Shown: one piece after another, positions 60,493 to 64,000 of the stretch
Position numbering within the stretch: position 1 is the stretch's first letter
Layout of the letters: the number at the start of each line of letters is the position of its first letter
DNA from: Chloroflexota bacterium
GTDB lineage: Bacteria; Chloroflexota; Dehalococcoidia; UBA2979
Direction of reading: 5' to 3'
DNA: 64,000 nucleotides
Assembly: GCA_027593235.1 (NCBI GenBank)
Contig: JAQCIU010000012.1
Location: forward strand, 1-64,000
The notes under the pieces: generated by a model
Databases searched by the model: none
Told to the model about the DNA's origin: nothing
The model's input: only the letters and a program-made list of their open reading frames with translations
Program-made: the position numbers and the translations under genes

Positions 60493-61896
60493 CTAGGCGA
60501 ACTGGTATTCGGGGCAGGACACGACGAGCTGTAGCATGCGGCCGATCCGCGCTTCGCTCTGCGCGCACTCCTCGTCATTGCCGAAGGTGAGCGGGCCGTC
60601 TTCCGAGGCGAACTCCTCGAGGACGCGCCGCGTGTCCTCGCTGGCCGCGATCGGACCGGCGAGGTCGAGGCACTGCTCGACGAACGCGCCCGGTGCGACC
60701 GGGCCGCCGGCGGCCGCTATCCTCGAAACGATCGACTGCACGCCGGGTTTCGAGGTGTCCATCACCTGCTCCACGGCGAAGTTGACGCGTTCGGTGAGCG
60801 TGCCGCCGTCGAGCCACTCCTTGCCGGTATGCCAGCCCTCGACGCTGGGCGGGTCCATCAGCTTCTGGCCCATCGCGTCGGTGGCGACCGACCAGCCGGT
60901 GATCGCGGGGTCCGGGGTCTGCGGCCAGTTGGCGAGCTTCACCGCGCTACCGACCAGCTCCAGCGGGCTCTTCACGCGGGTGAAGCGAGCGGTCTTGAAG
61001 AAGTCGGAGGTCAGCAGCGCACGCATCACAGCGCGGATGTCGCCGTCCGACGCCATGTAGGCGGCGACGAGTTGGTCGATCGCCTCGGGATCGCGCGGCG
61101 GGTCGATGCTCCAGGCCGGGACCTGCTGCTCGTCCGCGACGAAGAAGCTGTAGAGGTGCCGCGCGATGAAGCGAGCGGTCGCCTCCTGCCCGACGATCAC
61201 GTCGATGATGTCTTCGCCGTTGAGGTCGCCGGTGCGGCCGAGGAACGTCTTCTCGTCGTGGTCGTGGTCGTCGTCGCGATAGCTGAATTGCGTGTCGTAG
61301 CCGCCGAAGGGATAGAGCGGGATCGGCTGCTCGAAGGTCCAGCCGGTGAAGGCGCGCGCGGCGGCCTTGATGTCGTCCTCGCTGTAGTTACCGATGCCCA
61401 TCGAGAACAGCTCGAGCAGCTCGCGTCCGTAGTTCTCGTTGATCTGGTCGGCGTGGTTCTCGGAGTTGTCGAGCCAGTGAAGCATCGCCGGGTCACGCGA
61501 GAGGTCGAGCAGGATCTGGCGCAGGTTGCCGAGGCCGTTCCCGCGGAACGTCTCGATCTGGTGGAGGATCGCCGGCCCGTGCTCGGCCTTGAACCAGCCT
61601 GTCGCGAAGACGTGGTGCCAGAACAGCGCCATCTTCTCGCCCAGCGGCGCGCCGCTGTTCGCGAGGTTGAAGATCCAGAGCGACCCCGCGGCCACCGGCA
61701 CGTCGGGGCTGTTGATCGCCGGGAAGTAGCGGTCGAGGAGGTCGGCGGAGGGGTTCGGATGCGCCTCCGGGTGGAGCAGCTCCTCGACGATTTCGTCGTA
61801 GGGCTGGTCCGCCAGCGCTTCCAGCTCGTCGCGGGTCGCGCCGACGCCGACACGGCGCATCAGGTGGGCGCGCAGTTCGATCGCTTCTGTCGCCAT
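60493..61896 (-). CDS. DUF1800 domain protein
   Basis: HLMRR, EKMALFWHHVFAT, DPAML.WLDN, NENYGRELLELFSMG, ARAFTGW, PPSVEGW, PEYQ. Confidence 0.9.
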   Translation of the reverse strand: MATEAIELRAHLMRRVGVGATRDELEALADQPYDEIVEELLHPEAHPNPSADLLDRYFPAINSPDVPVAAGSLWIFNLANSGAPLGEKMALFWHHVFATGWFKAEHGPAILHQIETFRGNGLGNLRQILLDLSRDPAMLHWLDNSENHADQINENYGRELLELFSMGIGNYSEDDIKAAARAFTGWTFEQPIPLYPFGGYDTQFSYRDDDHDHDEKTFLGRTGDLNGEDIIDVIVGQEATARFIARHLYSFFVADEQQVPAWSIDPPRDPEAIDQLVAAYMASDGDIRAVMRALLTSDFFKTARFTRVKSPLELVGSAVKLANWPQTPDPAITGWSVATDAMGQKLMDPPSVEGWHTGKEWLDGGTLTERVNFAVEQVMDTSKPGVQSIVSRIAAAGGPVAPGAFVEQCLDLAGPIAASEDTRRVLEEFASEDGPLTFGNDEECAQSEARIGRMLQLVVSCPEYQFA

Positions 61897-62015
61897 TGGG
61901 CCCTCACAAGCTCGGTTCACCGGTGTCGGTCGCGTTATACCAGATGTGCTGGTGTGACCCCCGCTGGATCGGGCGACGCGGACGAGGCGCGGCGCGAACT
62001 CGCCCTCGTCGAGGG

Positions 62016-62471
62016 CTAACTGGCCGCCGACGCGCCCGGACCCGGCACCGCGCGCACCTCGCGAGCGGTCAGCGCGCGGCCGTCGCTGCTGCGCACGCTC
62101 ATCGGCGCGATCGGCTCACCCGAGGCGCGTTCGACGAAGACGAGGCGGTCGCCGCGCGGGTTCGGGCGGTACTGGTCACCCCAGTGCGTCAGCGCTACCA
62201 GCGCCGGCTGGAGATCGAGGCCCTTCGACGTGAGCACGTACTCGTGCCGCCCCGCCTCGACCGGTCGCTTCTCGAGGATGTCCTCCGCCACCAGGCGTTC
62301 GAGCCGGACGGCGAGGATGTTGCGCGAGATGCCGAGGCTCGACTGGAACGCATCGAAGCGACGCACGCCTCGGAAGGCGTCTCGCAGGATGAGCAGCGTC
62401 CAGCGTTCGCCGACGACCTCGAGCGTCTGCGCGAGGGAGCAGTTCATGTCCTCGAAGGACTTCAGCTTCAT
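62016..62471 (-). CDS. HxlR family transcriptional regulator
   Basis: CSLAQTLEVVGERWTLLILRD, RRFD, EYVLTSKG. Confidence 0.92.
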   Translation of the reverse strand: MKLKSFEDMNCSLAQTLEVVGERWTLLILRDAFRGVRRFDAFQSSLGISRNILAVRLERLVAEDILEKRPVEAGRHEYVLTSKGLDLQPALVALTHWGDQYRPNPRGDRLVFVERASGEPIAPMSVRSSDGRALTAREVRAVPGPGASAAS

Positions 62472-62600
62472 GGGCGAATTCTAGCAGCGGGTTGCGTCAT
62501 GCCATCCAAGGGACACGGCGGGCCGCCACGCAATCCCGGTATGCTGCTGTCATCACATACGTGGCGAACCCAGCCAGCGGGTCGCTCGGGAGGTGCTGGG

Positions 62601-64000
62601 ATGGCAACGGCGACACACGAAACGCGAACTGGCGACACCGCGTCGCGATATGCCGAGCTGGAGGAGCGCATCCTCGATCGCGACCAGGTCGCGGCCAGCG
62701 AGGTCTTCTACGACCTCGTACGGGATGGCAGGCCGCTGAAGGAGCTGCTGCGCGAGACGGTGCGGGTCCACGCTCCGTACACGCACGCGCCGTACCACCA
62801 GCGGATCGACGACGGGGTCGTTCGCTTCGTCAACAACGATCACTGCCTGCTCAGCGCGCGCGCCAGCTTGCGGTTGCCCGACGTGTTGCCGGAGCGGCTG
62901 CGCTTCCTACCGATGGCGCAGACCATGTGGTACGTCCCGACCGGCCTCGATGCCTGGAGTCAGCTCCTCGGCAAGGCGCCCGGTCACTACGGACGCCGGG
63001 TCTACGACGCATCGAAGTTCGACGAGGTGCCGCGTCCGACACGGCACTGGCCCGACGGCGACGCGATCGCCAGCGAAGGCACGCTCGACGAACGCCTGAA
63101 CCACTGGCTTACGCTCGTGCAGTACGGCCACGTCGAGCAGTCCTACGGGGTGTTCCGTGGATTGCTGGCCGAGCCGACCGACCGGCCACAGGTGCTGTCA
63201 CAGCTCATGTTCGCGGGGCTGATCGACGTCCAGGACCGCATCTACATGAACCGCAGCTACACGACCGGCCACAAGTCCTACCGCGCCCGCGCCACGATCG
63301 AGCTGGCGCAGGCCATTGGCTGGGAAGACGCGCACGACGTGATCTACGCGGGCGTACCCGACATCGCCGTTGGACCGCGCTGGTACTCCGCCTACGAGAT
63401 GGCCTGCGAGGTCGCACTGCGCCGTCTCGAAGAGGAGCCGCCTGCCTCGTCGCTGGCGCCGACGTTGATCACCGGTCGTGACGAGGAGCTGTTTGCCCAG
63501 ACCGACGACCTCAGTTCAGTCGAACGGTCGATGCTGATGCACGCACTGCTCGAGGAGCCGGAGCCCGGCTACATCGAGGCGATCATCGCGCTGTTGCTGG
63601 CCGGTCGTTCCCCGCGCGCGATCCTCGACACGATTCAGATCGCGGCCGCCGAGGTCGTGCTGCGCTGTGGCGAGGGCCCGAGCTTCTCGATGCCGCAGCA
63701 CGGCTACGAGTACACGAACACGCTGTCGTGGTTCTATGCGAACTTTGAGCACCGTCACAAGACGAAGCTGCTGTTCGTGGCTGGCTCCTTCATCAACCAG
63801 TGCGGCGCCTGGGTGCGTCACTCCCCGGGCAACGGCAAGCCGGTGTTCACCGCCCCCGCGGCGGCTGGCGGGATGTCCCGGGACCAACTGCTGACACAAC
63901 TCGATCGCGCGATGACGTCCCTGGAGCCGGACGAAGCGGCGTGCTGGGTGCAGGCGTACCTGGACGCCGGTCACGAGCGCCGTCCGTTGATTGCCACCCT
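62601..64000 (+). CDS. Uncharacterised helical protein with repeated His motifs (3' end runs off the window)
   Basis: GGAGGT RBS; manual translation gives MATATHETR...NNDHCLL...TTGHKSY...MPQHGYEY. Missing from the ORF track, consistent with no stop before 64000. Confidence 0.8.
   Translation, partial: MATATHETRTGDTASRYAELEERILDRDQVAASEVFYDLVRDGRPLKELLRETVRVHAPYTHAPYHQRIDDGVVRFVNNDHCLLSARASLRLPDVLPERLRFLPMAQTMWYVPTGLDAWSQLLGKAPGHYGRRVYDASKFDEVPRPTRHWPDGDAIASEGTLDERLNHWLTLVQYGHVEQSYGVFRGLLAEPTDRPQVLSQLMFAGLIDVQDRIYMNRSYTTGHKSYRARATIELAQAIGWEDAHDVIYAGVPDIAVGPRWYSAYEMACEVALRRLEEEPPASSLAPTLITGRDEELFAQTDDLSSVERSMLMHALLEEPEPGYIEAIIALLLAGRSPRAILDTIQIAAAEVVLRCGEGPSFSMPQHGYEYTNTLSWFYANFEHRHKTKLLFVAGSFINQCGAWVRHSPGNGKPVFTAPAAAGGMSRDQLLTQLDRAMTSLEPDEAACWVQAYLDAGHERRPLIAT

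Overview
GC-rich bacterial chromosome segment, mostly housekeeping and metabolic genes. Gene content suggests Chloroflexota/Dehalococcoidia (SAR202-related or Tepidiformales-like); this is inferred from the PPOX/LLM oxidoreductases, secG followed by a family-5 binding protein, and the NHL plus DUF1800/DUF1501 genes. Recognisable genes: selB (truncated at the left edge), hemW, aspS, a peptide ABC transporter, tig-clpP-clpX-tlyA-nadK, an actinobacterial-type succinate dehydrogenase facing icd-mdh-fumC, an acyl-CoA carboxyltransferase, hydantoinase/oxoprolinase A and B, rplY, rlmN, fmt, a second clpP and secG. I found no rRNA, tRNA, CRISPR array, integrase or transposase by eye. Main oddities: (1) a ~1.4 kb islet bracketed by a 63-bp diverged duplication of an LLM gene's 3' end, whose cargo gene is split by one in-frame TAG; (2) a co-directional DUF1800-DUF1501-NHL-degenerate MNT-HEPN string; (3) a ~130-nt rod-like, G-U-rich candidate RNA at 52.55-52.68 kb; (4) nine genes with apparent leaderless promoters; (5) an output-less PAS-GAF gene just upstream of icd. 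All family assignments come from motif recognition, not database searches.
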